DNA of 64,000 nucleotides, from assembly GCA_965225945.1 (NCBI GenBank), contig CBDDBZ010000029.1, positions 32,001 through 96,000 on the forward strand, given 5' to 3'. The notes under the pieces were generated by a model. The model had not been told where the DNA came from. It searched no databases and saw only the letters and a program-made list of their open reading frames with translations. The DNA comes from Alphaproteobacteria bacterium (GTDB taxonomy: Bacteria > Pseudomonadota > Alphaproteobacteria > GCA-2731375). The position numbers and the translations under genes were made by a program. Every line of letters starts with the position of its first letter. The first letter of the stretch is position 1. This document shows, in pieces, positions 31,003 through 42,514 of this stretch.

Positions 31003-31826
31003 AACCGATGGTCTTCGACTACCTTCGCGCCGAATCGCTGGCCGAAGCGCTCGATGCGCTGCACCAAGACGGCGAGGATGCCCGCCTCCTCGCCGGCGGG
31101 CAATCGCTCATCGCCATGCTCAACTTGCGGCTGGCCGAGCCCGCGATCCTGATCGATATTTCACGGCTCGCCTCGCTTGCCTACGTCCGCGAGGATGGCG
31201 CCATGATCGAGGTCGGCGCCGCCACCACGCAGGCCGAACTGCAACGCTGGCCCGAGCTGTCCGAGAAAGTTCCGCTGCTCGCCATGGTGCTACCCCATGT
31301 CGGGCACTACCAGACCCGGAACAAGGGCACGGTCTGCGGCTCCATCGCCCATGCCGACCCGAGCTCCGAACTGCCCTTGGCTCTGGCGCTCTTGGGCGGC
31401 GAAGTGGTCCTGCGCTCGGCCCGAGGCCGACGCATCCTGCCCGCCGCCGAATTTCAGACCGGCATGTTGTCGACCGCGCGGCGGGCGGATGAAATCGTCG
31501 TTGCCGTCCGCTTCCCTCGTGGTCGAGCGGGCGAGGGCTTCGCCTTTACCGAAATGACCCGGCGCCATGGCGATCTGGCCATCGTCGCGGTGGCCGCCAA
31601 GGCGACGGGCGCGAGCGTGCACGTCGCTATCGGCGGCGTCGCCGACCGGCCCACGGTACGCGAGCTACCCGCCGTGGCCGATGGCGGCTGGGACGACGCC
31701 CTGAACGCGCTCGCATGGGAGCTCGACGCCGTCGACGACATTCACGCCACGGCGCGCTATCGCCGCGAGTTGGTGCGCCGTCTCGGCCGCCGCATGATCG
31801 ACGAGGCGCTGTCATGGCGAAACTGA
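30999..31826 (+). CDS. FAD-binding subunit of Mo-hydroxylase (CoxM/HmfB-like)
   Basis: LAGGQSL, RNKGTVCGSIAHADP, RRHGDLA. Confidence 0.9.
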   Translation: MKPMVFDYLRAESLAEALDALHQDGEDARLLAGGQSLIAMLNLRLAEPAILIDISRLASLAYVREDGAMIEVGAATTQAELQRWPELSEKVPLLAMVLPHVGHYQTRNKGTVCGSIAHADPSSELPLALALLGGEVVLRSARGRRILPAAEFQTGMLSTARRADEIVVAVRFPRGRAGEGFAFTEMTRRHGDLAIVAVAAKATGASVHVAIGGVADRPTVRELPAVADGGWDDALNALAWELDAVDDIHATARYRRELVRRLGRRMIDEALSWRN

Positions 31827-32335
31827 GTGGCTCGCAAACTCACCCGATCACCGTCGAGTTGAATGGGGCGCGGGCCACCGGATGGGCCGAGCCGCGCATG
31901 CTGCTCTCCGATTTCCTGCGCGAACGGCTGGGGGCGAGCGGAACTCATGTCGGCTGCGAGCAGGGCGTCTGTGGCGCCTGCACCGTGCGGGTCGATGGCG
32001 TCGCGGTGCGCTCGTGTCTCACCTTGGCGCATCAGGCCGATGGCCGCCGCATCGATACGGTCGAGGGACTGAATGACGGAAAGGCCGGTTTGAATCGCCT
32101 GCAACAGGCGTTCCGCCGTCATCACGCCCTGCAATGCGGCTTTTGCACACCCGGTATCTTGATGAGCTTACACGACTTCCTGGAGCGAAACCCGGCGCCC
32201 ACGGAGGCAGATGTGCGCGAAGTCCTGGGCGGGCATTTGTGCCGCTGCACCGGATATGTCGGCATCCTGCGCGCCGTCGCCGAGGTGATCGGCGATGGCG
32301 ATAATGAACCATCGAGCGAAGCTGAGAGATCCTAA
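31814..32335 (+). CDS. [2Fe-2S] subunit of Mo-hydroxylase (CoxS/HmfC-like)
   Basis: GCEQGVCGACTV, QCGFCTPG, LCRCTGY. Confidence 0.92.
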   Translation: MAKLSGSQTHPITVELNGARATGWAEPRMLLSDFLRERLGASGTHVGCEQGVCGACTVRVDGVAVRSCLTLAHQADGRRIDTVEGLNDGKAGLNRLQQAFRRHHALQCGFCTPGILMSLHDFLERNPAPTEADVREVLGGHLCRCTGYVGILRAVAEVIGDGDNEPSSEAERS

Positions 32336-32513
32336 ATCTGGGAGTTGGAGTGCCCCTGTGCTCGAAAACCCTTTGAGAATACGTACAGTTCCCAATCGGA
32401 CGGGATCACCCAGATGTAACTGCGGAGCAGTTGGAATAGTTCTCGATGAATCAATGTCTTAAATTCGATTCGGGCAATCCAAATGCTGTTTTTTAGGTTT
32501 ACCGATCGACGAA

Positions 32514-33308
32514 TCATCGCACGGCGATGGCGTGCGCGTGGTTGATCGGGCCGTGGCCGGCGCCGAGGCCCGGCGCGGCGAGGATCGCCTGGTGGACATA
32601 GCTGGTCGCACGCTCGACCGCGGCCGCCGTCGAGAGCCCCTGGGCGATGCCGGTGGCGATCGCCGAGGCCAGCGTGCAGCCGGTGCCGTGGGTGCTGGTG
32701 GTCTCCACCCGCGTGGTCTCGAAGCGCGTGACGCCGTCCCGGGCGACCAGCAGATCGGCGATGTGCGGCCCCGCCATGTGGCCGCCCTTCATCAGCACCG
32801 CCTCCGGCCCTTGGGCGAGGAGCGCGTGGCCCACTTCGATCATGTCGTCTTCGTCGCGGATCGTGGTCTCGGCGAGGATCTCCGCCTCGGGAACGTTCGG
32901 TGTCAGCACTCGGGCGCGCGGCAGCAGCAGGCGCAGCACGTCCATGGTGTCCTCGTTCAACAGCCGGGCGCCGCCCTTGGCCACCATCACCGGATCCATC
33001 ACCAAGGGAACGCCGCGCCCCTCGTCGGCCAGCGCGCTCGCCACCACCTCCAGGATCTCGACGCGGTGCAGCATGCCGGTCTTCAGGCAGTCGGCGCCGA
33101 TGTCGGCCAGCACCACCTGGATCTGCCGGCGGACGAAATCGGGCGGCACCTCGTGGATGGCGTGGACGTCGCGGGTGTCCTGCGCGGTGAGCGCGGTGAT
33201 CGCCGTCGCCGCGTAACCGCCCAGCGCCGTAACCGTCTTGATGTCCGCCTGAATGCCCGCGCCGCCGCCGGAATCCGATCCGGCGATGATCAGGACACGT
33301 CCCTTCAC
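32514..33308 (-). CDS. thiD: Hydroxymethylpyrimidine/phosphomethylpyrimidine kinase
   Basis: [37 protein letters not shown]. Confidence 0.95.
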   Translation of the reverse strand: MKGRVLIIAGSDSGGGAGIQADIKTVTALGGYAATAITALTAQDTRDVHAIHEVPPDFVRRQIQVVLADIGADCLKTGMLHRVEILEVVASALADEGRGVPLVMDPVMVAKGGARLLNEDTMDVLRLLLPRARVLTPNVPEAEILAETTIRDEDDMIEVGHALLAQGPEAVLMKGGHMAGPHIADLLVARDGVTRFETTRVETTSTHGTGCTLASAIATGIAQGLSTAAAVERATSYVHQAILAAPGLGAGHGPINHAHAIAVR

Positions 33309-34666
33309 CTCGCCGCCCCGAGGGAAGCCGCGCGTTCGATCGCGCCGGCCAACTCCTCGACGATGTGGTTGACCTCGTCCGCGTTCTCGCCCTCGCCCAT
33401 GACCCGGATCAGCGGTTCGGTACCGGACGGGCGGATGACCAACCGGCCACGCGCGCCGAGCGCCTTCTGGCAGTTGGCGACGGCGGCTTGCACACTCTCG
33501 TCCTCCAGCGGCGAGCGGCCGCCGTAACGGACGTTCTTCAAGATTTGCGGCATCAGCTCGAAGCGATGGCAGACCTCGCTCACCGGTCGGCCGGTGGCGA
33601 CGACCAGAGCGAGAATTTGCAACGCCGCGATCAGCCCATCGCCCGAGGTGCCGAAATCCGACAGCACGATATGGCCCGACTTCTCGCCGCCGACGTTGAG
33701 GTCGTGGCGGCGCAAGAACTCGACGACGTAGCGATCGCCCACGGCCGTGCGGTGCAGGCGCAGCCCCCGGCCCGCCAGATAGCGCTCCAGGCCGAGGTTG
33801 GACATCACCGTCGCCACCACGCCGTCGCCCCGCAGCCGCGCCGCCTCCTGCCAGCTATCGGCGATCGCCGCCAACACTTGATCTCCGTCGATCAAGTGGC
33901 CGTGCTCGTCGACCAATATGACCCGGTCGGCATCGCCGTCGAGCGCGATGCCGACGTCGGCGCCGTGGGTGACGACCTGTTCGCGGAGATACTCCGGATC
34001 CGTCGAACCACTGTTCAGGTTGATGTTGCGCCCGTCCGGGCTGACCGCGACGGGCACCACCTCGGCCTCCAGCTCCCACAGCACCGTCGGCGCCACCTTG
34101 TAGGCGGCGCCGTTGGCGCAATCGACCACGATCTTCAGCCCGTCGAGCCGCCGACCGCTCGGGAAGCTCCGCTTGACGAACTCGATATAGCGCCCCATCG
34201 CATCGTCGAGGCGGCGAACCTGGCCGACCATCTCCGGCGGCACCCGGGGCGCCTCGTCGGCCTCGGCGATCCGCCGCTCGATCTCCAGCTCGATCTCGTC
34301 GGAGAGCTTGTAGCCGTCGGGACCGAACAGCTTGATGCCGTTGTCCTGATAGGGATTGTGCGAGGCGGAGAGCATCACGCCGAGATCGGCCCGCAGGCTC
34401 CGCGTCAGCATCGCCACCGCCGGCGTCGGCATCGGTCCGACCAGGACCACGTCCATGCCCACCGCCGCGAAGCCCGAGGTCATCGCCGCTTCCAGCATGT
34501 AGCCGGAGAGCCGGGTGTCCTTGCCGATCACCACCCTATGGCGATGCGCACCCCGAGTGAACTGGCGACCCGCCGCCTTGCCGACGGCGAGCGCCACCTC
34601 GGCGGTGATCGGGAAGCTGTTCGTGGTTCCACGGATTCCGTCCGTGCCGAAATATTTCCGCTGCAT
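33305..34666 (-). CDS. glmM: Phosphoglucosamine mutase
   Basis: [29 protein letters not shown]. Confidence 0.96.
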   Translation of the reverse strand: MQRKYFGTDGIRGTTNSFPITAEVALAVGKAAGRQFTRGAHRHRVVIGKDTRLSGYMLEAAMTSGFAAVGMDVVLVGPMPTPAVAMLTRSLRADLGVMLSASHNPYQDNGIKLFGPDGYKLSDEIELEIERRIAEADEAPRVPPEMVGQVRRLDDAMGRYIEFVKRSFPSGRRLDGLKIVVDCANGAAYKVAPTVLWELEAEVVPVAVSPDGRNINLNSGSTDPEYLREQVVTHGADVGIALDGDADRVILVDEHGHLIDGDQVLAAIADSWQEAARLRGDGVVATVMSNLGLERYLAGRGLRLHRTAVGDRYVVEFLRRHDLNVGGEKSGHIVLSDFGTSGDGLIAALQILALVVATGRPVSEVCHRFELMPQILKNVRYGGRSPLEDESVQAAVANCQKALGARGRLVIRPSGTEPLIRVMGEGENADEVNHIVEELAGAIERAASLGAAR

Positions 34667-34737
34667 GAAATGCCACGGCCCCTAAACGTTTGCCTCTCAA
34701 CGCAAAACTAGCATTCGAGGGTTTTCGGGATCAAGTT

Positions 34738-35820
34738 TTATACGCGCGCCCTCGGCCCCTGGATGGCGCGCCACACGGCGAGCGCCTGCCGGGTTTCGGC
34801 CACGTCATGCACGCGCAACACGCGGACGCCTTGGCCCAGTGCCCAGAGCGCCCCGGCGAGCGAGCCCGCGAGGCGGCGGTCGGCGGGCTCGTCCCGGCTC
34901 ACGCGGGCGATGAAACTCTTGCGGGAAAGGCCGACCGCGATTGGTCGACCGAGGCCATGCAGGACGGATAGCCGGGCGAGCAGCGCCACGTTGTGCGCCG
35001 CCGTCTTGGCGAAGCCGAAGCCCGGATCGACGACGATCCGCTCCCGAGCGATGCCGCCCGCGACCGCCGCCTCGATGCAGGCCGCCAACTCGTCGTAAAT
35101 CTCCGCCACCACGTCGTGGTAGGTCGCATGGTCTCGCATCGTCGACGGCGTGCCTCGGCTGTGCATCAGAACGACCGGCGCCTCGGCCCGAGCCACGACC
35201 CCGACCGCGTCGGGATCGTGGCGGAGACCGCTCACGTCGTTGACGACGGCGGCACCGGCGGCGAGTGCCTGGTCCATCACGGAAGCGTTGCGCGTGTCGA
35301 TCGAAAGCGGCGCGGAAACGCCCCGCAGCGCCTCGATCACCGGAATCACGCGCGCGGCCTCGCTCTCGACCGCCAGCGCCTCGGCGCCGGGACGGGCGGA
35401 TTCGCCGCCGATGTCGACGAGGTCGGCGCCCGCCTCGATCACTCGGCGGGCCCGCGCCACGGCCGAGGACGTGTCGGCGTGGAGGCCGCCGTCGGAAAAG
35501 CTGTCCGGCGTCACGTTGACGACGCCCATTATCAGCGGTGCGTCGCCGGCGAAAAGGCAATGCGGCGGGACCGGCGCACTCGTCAGGCGCTCCCGGATCG
35601 TCTCGGCCGCCGGGCTCCCGTGCTTGCCTCGAACCTCGTCCAGCGCCGCGTCGAGCGGGCGGATGTCGGGCCTCTCACGGCGATCGTTCCAGAGCAGCTC
35701 GACCTCGCGAAAGCGCAACGGGCCGCCGACGAGCGGATGGTTGGGCTCGGCTGCATCGCCGGGGCTGAGCGGGATCGGGCGCAATAACGGCCGCCTCGGC
35801 GCCCCGGAGCCCGTGCTCAT
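34738..35820 (-). CDS. folP: Dihydropteroate synthase
   Basis: MGVVNVTPDSFSDGG, DIGGES, DPGFGFAK, SRKSFI, RVHDV. Confidence 0.95.
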   Translation of the reverse strand: MSTGSGAPRRPLLRPIPLSPGDAAEPNHPLVGGPLRFREVELLWNDRRERPDIRPLDAALDEVRGKHGSPAAETIRERLTSAPVPPHCLFAGDAPLIMGVVNVTPDSFSDGGLHADTSSAVARARRVIEAGADLVDIGGESARPGAEALAVESEAARVIPVIEALRGVSAPLSIDTRNASVMDQALAAGAAVVNDVSGLRHDPDAVGVVARAEAPVVLMHSRGTPSTMRDHATYHDVVAEIYDELAACIEAAVAGGIARERIVVDPGFGFAKTAAHNVALLARLSVLHGLGRPIAVGLSRKSFIARVSRDEPADRRLAGSLAGALWALGQGVRVLRVHDVAETRQALAVWRAIQGPRARV

Positions 35821-35839
35821 GGCAGCCGCCGGCCGCGCG

Positions 35840-37780
35840 TCAGGACTCGGGCTGCGGCTCCGGCGAGAGGGAGCCTGGGCCCGGCTGCTCGCGGCCGTCG
35901 TTCTTGTGGCCGGAACTCGGGACCGAGGTCGCCTGCGGCGCGTCCTCCGAAGAGCCGTCGAAATCGTCGCGATGGATCGATTCGCCTCTCAGGACCACCT
36001 TCATTTCCTCGCCACTGAGCGTCTCGTATTCCAAAAGCGCCTTGGCCACCGCGTGCAGATCGTCCATGTGCGTCTCGAGCACTTCGCGCGCCGTCGCTTC
36101 CGCCTTGTTGATGATCCGGCGGATTTCCTCATCGATCAGGTTGGCGGTGGCGCCGGAGATGTTCTTGCGCTGGGCCACGGAATGGCCGAGGAAGATCTCC
36201 TCCTCGTCCGCGGTGTAGCGGAGCGGGCCGAGTTTGTCGCTCATCCCGTATTCGGTGACCATCGAGCGGGCCCAGGCGGTGGCCTGCTGGATGTCGGTGC
36301 CGCCGCCGGTGGTGACGTTCTCCTCGCCGAACACGAGCTGCTCGGCGACCCGGCCGCCATAGGACATGGCGAGCCGCGCCTCGATCTCGGTCTTCTTGTA
36401 GGTCAGGCGATCACGCTCCGGCAGGTTCATGGTGACGCCGAGGGCGCGGCCCCGGGGAATGATGGTGACCTTGTGCAGCGGATCGTTGCCCGGCACGAAG
36501 TGCGAGACCAGCGCATGGCCCGCCTCGTGATAGGCGGTGAGCTGCTTCTCGTCCTCGGTCATGACCATGGAGCGGCGTTCCGCGCCCATCATCACCCTGT
36601 CCCTGGACTCCTCGAACGCGGCCATGGTGACGACGCGCTTGTTTCTGCGGGCCGACAACAGGGCCGCCTCGTTCACCAGGTTGGCGAGGTCGGCGCCGGA
36701 GAAGCCGGGTGTGCCGCGGGCGATCACGCGGGCATCGACGTCGGGCGCCAGCGGCACCTTGCGCATGTGGATCAACAGGATTTTCTCCCGGCCCAGGATA
36801 TCCGGGTTGGGCACCACCACCTGGCGGTCGAAGCGGCCGGGCCTGAGCAGCGCCGGGTCCAGCACGTCGGGCCGGTTGGTCGCGGCGATCAGGATCACGC
36901 CCTCGTTGGTCTCGAAGCCGTCCATCTCCACCAGGAGCTGGTTCAAGGTCTGCTCGCGCTCGTCGTTGCCGCCGCCGAGCCCGGCGCCCCGATGGCGGCC
37001 GACCGCGTCGATCTCGTCGATGAAGATGATGCAAGGCGCGTTCTTCTTCGCCTGCTCGAACATGTCGCGGACCCGGCTGGCGCCGACGCCGACGAACATC
37101 TCGACGAAATCGGAGCCGGAGATGGTGAAGAACGGCACGTTGGCCTCGCCGGCGATGGCGCGGGCCAGCAGCGTCTTGCCGGTGCCGGGGGGACCCAACA
37201 GCAGCGCGCCCTTGGGGATGCGGCCGCCCAGGCGCTGGAATTTCTGTGGGTCCTTGAGGAACTCGACGATTTCCTCCAACTCCTCCTTCGCCTCGTCGAT
37301 GCCGGCCACGTCGTCGAAGGTGACCCGGCCCTGGCGCTCGGTCAGCAGCCGGGCCTTCGACTTGCCGAAGCCCATGGCCTTGCCGCCACCCGACTGCATC
37401 TGGCGCATGAAGAAGATCCAGACGCCGATCAGCAGCAGCATCGGGAACCAGTTGAGCAGGATGGCGAAGAGCGGCGGCGTGCCGTCCTCGGGCGCGGCGG
37501 CGTTGATCCTGACGCCCCGCTCGCGGAGCTTCTTGATCAGATCCGGATCGTCCGGCGCGTAGGTGGAGAACGACTTGCCGTTCATATACTTGCCGCTGAT
37601 CGCGTTGCCCTGGATGGTCACTTCGTTGACCTGGCCCGCCTCGACGTCGGCGAGGAACTCGCTATAGGCCTGGTCGCTGGACGGACCGTCCGACCTGTCC
37701 TGGTTGAAGAGGTTGACCAAGGCCAGCAGCAACAGGACGATGATGACCCAAAGGGCGATGTTTCGACCGAAATTGTTCAC
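35840..37780 (-). CDS. ftsH: ATP-dependent zinc metalloprotease FtsH
   Basis: [33 protein letters not shown]. Confidence 0.97.
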   Translation of the reverse strand: MNNFGRNIALWVIIVLLLLALVNLFNQDRSDGPSSDQAYSEFLADVEAGQVNEVTIQGNAISGKYMNGKSFSTYAPDDPDLIKKLRERGVRINAAAPEDGTPPLFAILLNWFPMLLLIGVWIFFMRQMQSGGGKAMGFGKSKARLLTERQGRVTFDDVAGIDEAKEELEEIVEFLKDPQKFQRLGGRIPKGALLLGPPGTGKTLLARAIAGEANVPFFTISGSDFVEMFVGVGASRVRDMFEQAKKNAPCIIFIDEIDAVGRHRGAGLGGGNDEREQTLNQLLVEMDGFETNEGVILIAATNRPDVLDPALLRPGRFDRQVVVPNPDILGREKILLIHMRKVPLAPDVDARVIARGTPGFSGADLANLVNEAALLSARRNKRVVTMAAFEESRDRVMMGAERRSMVMTEDEKQLTAYHEAGHALVSHFVPGNDPLHKVTIIPRGRALGVTMNLPERDRLTYKKTEIEARLAMSYGGRVAEQLVFGEENVTTGGGTDIQQATAWARSMVTEYGMSDKLGPLRYTADEEEIFLGHSVAQRKNISGATANLIDEEIRRIINKAEATAREVLETHMDDLHAVAKALLEYETLSGEEMKVVLRGESIHRDDFDGSSEDAPQATSVPSSGHKNDGREQPGPGSLSPEPQPES

Positions 37781-37977
37781 GTTTGCAATCCCGTCCCCGG
37801 GCCCTCCACGGGCCCCGCGCGTTCAATAGATAGTAACATCATTTCGCTAGGCAACGCCAAACTCCGGTGCGCCTTCGGGAGAACCGTTTGACCCGGCGTC
37901 GGGCGCCCACCTACGGTCGCCGCCGGGCGGCCCGGTGGAGAGTTTCGGCGATGGCGGGAGCGGCCGAGGTGGGCGAG

Positions 37978-38955
37978 ATGTCTGAGATCGCGCTGATCGG
38001 CGCCGGCCTGATCGGCGCCGGCTGGGCCGGGCGGATGGTCGAGAACGGCCTCGACGTGGTGGTCGCCGACACCTCGCCGGCGGCCGAGGCGCGGCTCGAC
38101 GCCATGCTGGCGCGGGCGCGGCGCGCCTGGGACGCGCTGGCCCCCGGCGTAGCGCGACGGCGAGGCCAGGTCCGCTTCACCACCGATATCGAGGCCGCCG
38201 TCGCCGGGGCCGACTTCATCCAGGAAAGCGCGCCCGAACGAGAGGCGTCGAAGGCTGAGCTGCTGGCCCGGATCACCCGGGCCTGTCCGGCCGGCGCCCT
38301 GGTCGCCTCCTCTTCCTCCGGGCTGCTGCCGAGCCGCCTGCAGGCGGACTGCGTCGGCCCGGAGCGGGTGCTGATCGGCCATCCCTTCAACCCGGTCTAT
38401 CTGCTGCCATTGGTCGAGCTGGTCGGCGGCGAGGCGACCACGGCCGAGAGCGTAGCGCGCGCCCGCCGCTTCTACGAAGGCCTCGGCATGCACGTGCTCC
38501 TGGTGCGCAGGGAGATCGAGGGCTACATCTCCGACCGCTTGCAAGAGGCGCTCTGGCGCGAGGCGCTGCATCTGGTGAACGAGGGCATCGCCACGACCGA
38601 CGAGATCGACAGGGCGATCGTCTACGGCCCGGGCCTCCGCTGGTCGGCGATGGGAACCTGCCTCGCCTTTCATCTCGCCGGCGGCGAGGCCGGCATGGCG
38701 CACATGCTGGCCCAGTTCGGTCCGGCGCCGGAACGGCCCTGGACCCGCCTGGAGGCGCCCGAGCTGAGTGCGGAGCTCATCGAGAAGCTGGTGAGCCAGA
38801 CGGCGGCGCAGGCCGAGGGGCGCGGAATCGAGGAACTGGAGCGACTCCGCGACGATTGCCTGATCGCCGTTCTGCAAGCCCTCGCCGGCCGGGATCACGG
38901 CGCCGGCCGGACGTTCGCTCGACATCTCGCCGGTCTCGAGGCGGGGATGGGGTGA
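37978..38955 (+). CDS. 3-hydroxyacyl-CoA dehydrogenase family, L-carnitine dehydrogenase-like
   Basis: GAGLIGAGW, IQESAPE, GHPFNPVYLLPLVE, DRLQEALWREALH, GPGLRWS. Confidence 0.85.
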   Translation: MSEIALIGAGLIGAGWAGRMVENGLDVVVADTSPAAEARLDAMLARARRAWDALAPGVARRRGQVRFTTDIEAAVAGADFIQESAPEREASKAELLARITRACPAGALVASSSSGLLPSRLQADCVGPERVLIGHPFNPVYLLPLVELVGGEATTAESVARARRFYEGLGMHVLLVRREIEGYISDRLQEALWREALHLVNEGIATTDEIDRAIVYGPGLRWSAMGTCLAFHLAGGEAGMAHMLAQFGPAPERPWTRLEAPELSAELIEKLVSQTAAQAEGRGIEELERLRDDCLIAVLQALAGRDHGAGRTFARHLAGLEAGMG

Positions 38956-38965
38956 GCGGCGGCTC

Positions 38966-40153
38966 TCAAGAGACCTCGATCTGGGGCCAGAAGCGTTCGT
39001 CCTCGGTCTCGTATTCAAATTCGCCGCTGAATTCGGCGATGGTGAGCGCCAGGCGATCGATGCCGACGGCCCTCTCGTGCGTCTGCCGGCCCTCCAGGAC
39101 GGCGCGGGAGAAGGGGTTCTCCGGGGTGCCGTAGCCGATCGGGTCCCAAATCTCGCCGATACCTCGGCCGCCGAACTCGCGGATTTGGCTCACGTTGTCG
39201 AAGTTGGTCATGTCGAGGCGGGGATAGGCGGCGGTGGCGGGACTCTTGGCAGCGTCGGCAAAGACCGTGATCCGGGCATCGTTGTGGGCCATCGCGTAGC
39301 CGTAGCGATAGAACCGGCTGTTGGTATACCAAAGCGACAGGTTGACGTCGGAGCCCCAGCCCTCGAAGACGAAGGCGCCGGCCGGCTGGGTCCGCTGCAT
39401 CAGATGGCGCGACAGCAGCAGCAGGTAATAGAGGCTCCGGGGGTGCATCTCGCAGAAGGCGTGGTTGCAGGTGACGAGATCGATGCTCATCCGCGAGAGG
39501 GCGAAGCTCGGATCGTAAAACCGCCACCAGGGGATGTGCACGACCTCGCCGGACTCCGGCGTCGGCAGGCCGTGGAACGGCGTCTCCTCGCGCGCCAGCT
39601 CCCGTACCCGGCCGGGCGCCAGGGTCTCGAACAGCAGGCTCTGGTAGAGGTAGAAGCCTTGAGCCACGTCGGTCGAGACGTAGGGATAGCCTTCCAGGAT
39701 CAGCATCGCGCCGAGATAGCCGCTGCCGGCGCCGACCTCCAGGATCGGCGGGCGCGCATCGCCATAGATGTAGCGGATGTGGCGCAGCACGTTGATTGCC
39801 CGCAAGAGAGAGCCGCGCGCCACCAGACGGCAGCCGAAGGCCCGCTCCGAGAGGCTGGAGACGGCGCGGTTCACCTCGTGAAAGAGGCGGAATTCGTCCT
39901 CGTCCAGCCCTTCCAGCAGATTTACGAAGTTGTGCTCGAAGCGGCGTTCGTGCATCACGTCGACGAACTTCCAGAGCTCGCTCTCGTCCTCGACCCTGAC
40001 CGGATAGCCGACCTGTGCGAAGGTCACGGGCTGGAAGGATTCGACGATTCTGTTGGCCGTTCGGGCCCGGGCCCGGGCCTCGGCCGCATCGTATTCCCCG
40101 GCGCCGAGCGGCCCCGTGGCCACGCCTTCCAGCGCCTCGCCGGTCATGCTCAT
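38966..40153 (-). CDS. Hypothetical protein with SAM-binding-like motif
   Basis: 395-aa ORF with ILEVGAGSGYLG and DLVTCNHAFCEM. Confidence 0.7.
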   Translation of the reverse strand: MSMTGEALEGVATGPLGAGEYDAAEARARARTANRIVESFQPVTFAQVGYPVRVEDESELWKFVDVMHERRFEHNFVNLLEGLDEDEFRLFHEVNRAVSSLSERAFGCRLVARGSLLRAINVLRHIRYIYGDARPPILEVGAGSGYLGAMLILEGYPYVSTDVAQGFYLYQSLLFETLAPGRVRELAREETPFHGLPTPESGEVVHIPWWRFYDPSFALSRMSIDLVTCNHAFCEMHPRSLYYLLLLSRHLMQRTQPAGAFVFEGWGSDVNLSLWYTNSRFYRYGYAMAHNDARITVFADAAKSPATAAYPRLDMTNFDNVSQIREFGGRGIGEIWDPIGYGTPENPFSRAVLEGRQTHERAVGIDRLALTIAEFSGEFEYETEDERFWPQIEVS

Positions 40154-40261
40154 CGGCCACCTGCCTCCGCGTTATCGAAGCGGGCGAGGATCGCCGAACA
40201 TCGTTGAGAAAGCGTGAAGTCGGGGAAGAGGGCCGGCTTCGGGGACTTTCGAGACGGACAC

Positions 40262-41608
40262 TCAGGGCGTCGGCACCTCGTGGCGCTTCAGCATGCGGGT
40301 CTGGCGGCGGCGGAGGCGGGCCTCGTCGAAATCGGCGATCAGCTCGTGGAACAAGCGGTGCCAGTTGACCTCGGCGCGCAGGTGCATGAAGACCCCGCCG
40401 AGGCCGATCGCCGCTCGGTCCATGAAGACGAACTCGCCCGGCGGCGTGACACCACCCAACGCCCGCAATTTCTTGTGGACCTTCTCCGCCACCTCGCGGC
40501 CGTAGACGCCGCCAGCCTCGAATTCCTGGATGCGGCGTTTGCGATCCTCCAGCAGCGGCGCGTAAACGAAATTCGCCCACATGTTGAGGGTGTCGATCAC
40601 TTCGTTGGAGAGATCGCCGAAGCCCCATGTCTCGTAGGCATGCACGGCGAGGGCTCGGTCGTCGTTGCTGATCGCGTGATAGAGGTCGATCACGCCGCGC
40701 ACGAACTTCGCCTGAAAGATGCGGATACAGCCGAAGTCCAGGAGGTTGATGCCGTGATCGGGACGGGCCGAATAGTTGCCGAGATGCGGATCGCCGTGGA
40801 TCACGCCGTAGTTGTAGAAGGGGACGTACCAGGCGTGGAACATGTTGGTGGCGATAGCGTTGCGGACCTCCATCGCCGCCTCCTCGAAGGCCAGCAGCCG
40901 TTCGCCGTCGAGCCAGGCCATGGTCAGCAGGCGGCGGGTCGAAAGCTCGGGCATCACCTCCGGCACGTGGACGCCCGCCACGCGCTTCAGCATGTCGATG
41001 TAGAGGCGCATGTGGCGCGCCTCCAGCTCGTAGTCGAGTTCCTCGCGCAGGCGGGCGGCGATCTCCGCGTGCACCTGGCGGGTATCGATGGTGCGGTCGT
41101 AGCGGTGGTAAATGGCGAAGATCAGCTTCAACTGCCTGAGGTCCGCCTCCACCGCCGAGCTCATATCGGGATACTGCAGCTTGCAGGCCAGCACGCGACC
41201 GTCCAGGCGGGCGCGGTGCACCTGGCCGAGCGAGGCGGCGGCCCGGGCCTCGCGCTCGAAGTCGTCGAAGCGCTTTTGCCAATCCCCGCCCAGTTCCGCC
41301 GTCATCCGCCGACGGACGAAGAGCCAGCCCATCGATGGCGCGTTGGACTGGAGCTGGATCAGCTCCTGCACGTATTCCTGGGGCAGTGCCTCGGGCACGG
41401 TGGCCATGATCTGCGCCACCTTCATCAACGGTCCCTTGAGTCCGCCCAAGGCCGCTTTCAGCTCGCGCGCATGCTCGTCGCGATCGAGCTTGATGCCGAG
41501 GAAGCGTTCCCCCGCCAGCTTGGCGGCGAGGCCGCCGACCGCCGTCGAGACCCGCGCATAGCGCCTGACCCGCCCGCCGAGGGTCGAGGCCTCGTCGTCT
41601 TCCGCCAT
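40262..41608 (-). CDS. ABC1/UbiB (AarF) family atypical kinase
   Basis: KGPLMKVAQ, AAASLGQVH, KLQYP, HGDPHLGN, LLDFG. Confidence 0.92.
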   Translation of the reverse strand: MAEDDEASTLGGRVRRYARVSTAVGGLAAKLAGERFLGIKLDRDEHARELKAALGGLKGPLMKVAQIMATVPEALPQEYVQELIQLQSNAPSMGWLFVRRRMTAELGGDWQKRFDDFEREARAAASLGQVHRARLDGRVLACKLQYPDMSSAVEADLRQLKLIFAIYHRYDRTIDTRQVHAEIAARLREELDYELEARHMRLYIDMLKRVAGVHVPEVMPELSTRRLLTMAWLDGERLLAFEEAAMEVRNAIATNMFHAWYVPFYNYGVIHGDPHLGNYSARPDHGINLLDFGCIRIFQAKFVRGVIDLYHAISNDDRALAVHAYETWGFGDLSNEVIDTLNMWANFVYAPLLEDRKRRIQEFEAGGVYGREVAEKVHKKLRALGGVTPPGEFVFMDRAAIGLGGVFMHLRAEVNWHRLFHELIADFDEARLRRRQTRMLKRHEVPTP

Positions 41609-41690
41609 CAGTCCGAACGCTCCGTGGACATGCTTCCTACCGCTGAATCCCTAGGTGTGATTCCGGCCAACGAAGAACAAGCAGGCCTGC

Positions 41691-42494
41691 TCAGGTCGCC
41701 GTGATGCCGCCGTCGAGCACCAGCTCGGCGCCGTTCATCAGGCCGGAGTCGTCGCTCGCCAGGTAGACCACGCCCCGGGCGATATCCTCGACCGTGCCCA
41801 TGCGGCCGATCGGCTGGCGCTGGACCAGGCTCTCCCAGGCTTGCTCGTAGGTCTGGTGCCGGCCGAGCCGGATCGTCTTGTGCGCCACCTGCTTCATCAT
41901 CTCGGTGTCGATGATGCCGGGATGCACCGAGTTCACCCGGATATTGTAGCCGAGGAAGGCGCATTCGATCGCCAGCGACTTGGTGAACAGCCGCACCCCC
42001 CCCTTCGACATCGAATAGGCCGCGCTGAGCGGCGAGGCGACGATGCCGGCGATCGAGGAGGTGTTGATGATCGAGCCCGAGGGACCGCCCTCGGGGCAAC
42101 ACGCCTTCATCACCCGGACCCCGTGCTTGGCGCCCAGGAAGACACCTTCCAGGTTCACCGCCTGGATCCGCCGCCATTCCTCCAGCGTCGTCTCCTCGAC
42201 GGAGCCCGCGGCGAAAATCCCGGCGTTGTTGAAGAGGACGTGCAGCCCGCCCTCGCTGGCCACCACGTCGTCGACGATTTGGGCCCACTCGTCCTCCACC
42301 GTGACGTCGTGGCGGACGAAACGAGCCCGCCCGCCCCCGGCCTCGATCGCCGCCGCGCTCGCCGCGCCCTCCGCCTCCAGGAGGTCGGTGATGACGACGC
42401 TGGCGCCCTCCGCCGCCATCGCACTCGCCGTGGCCGCGCCGATGCCGCGCGCGCCGCCGCTGATCAGCGCCACCTTGCCGTCGAGCCTGCCCAT
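41691..42494 (-). CDS. SDR-family oxidoreductase
   Basis: SGGARGIG, NNAG, YSMSK, NSVHPG. Confidence 0.92.
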   Translation of the reverse strand: MGRLDGKVALISGGARGIGAATASAMAAEGASVVITDLLEAEGAASAAAIEAGGGRARFVRHDVTVEDEWAQIVDDVVASEGGLHVLFNNAGIFAAGSVEETTLEEWRRIQAVNLEGVFLGAKHGVRVMKACCPEGGPSGSIINTSSIAGIVASPLSAAYSMSKGGVRLFTKSLAIECAFLGYNIRVNSVHPGIIDTEMMKQVAHKTIRLGRHQTYEQAWESLVQRQPIGRMGTVEDIARGVVYLASDDSGLMNGAELVLDGGITAT

Positions 42495-42514
42495 GACCCT
42501 CTCCCTCGTTGCCT

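Noticed and set aside
35150-37891. 913-aa plus-strand ORF and similar long ORFs (52064..54757, 55730..57928, 57522..59891, 39015..41282)
   Set aside because: These are antisense or alternate-frame shadows of well-supported genes, as expected in high-GC DNA.
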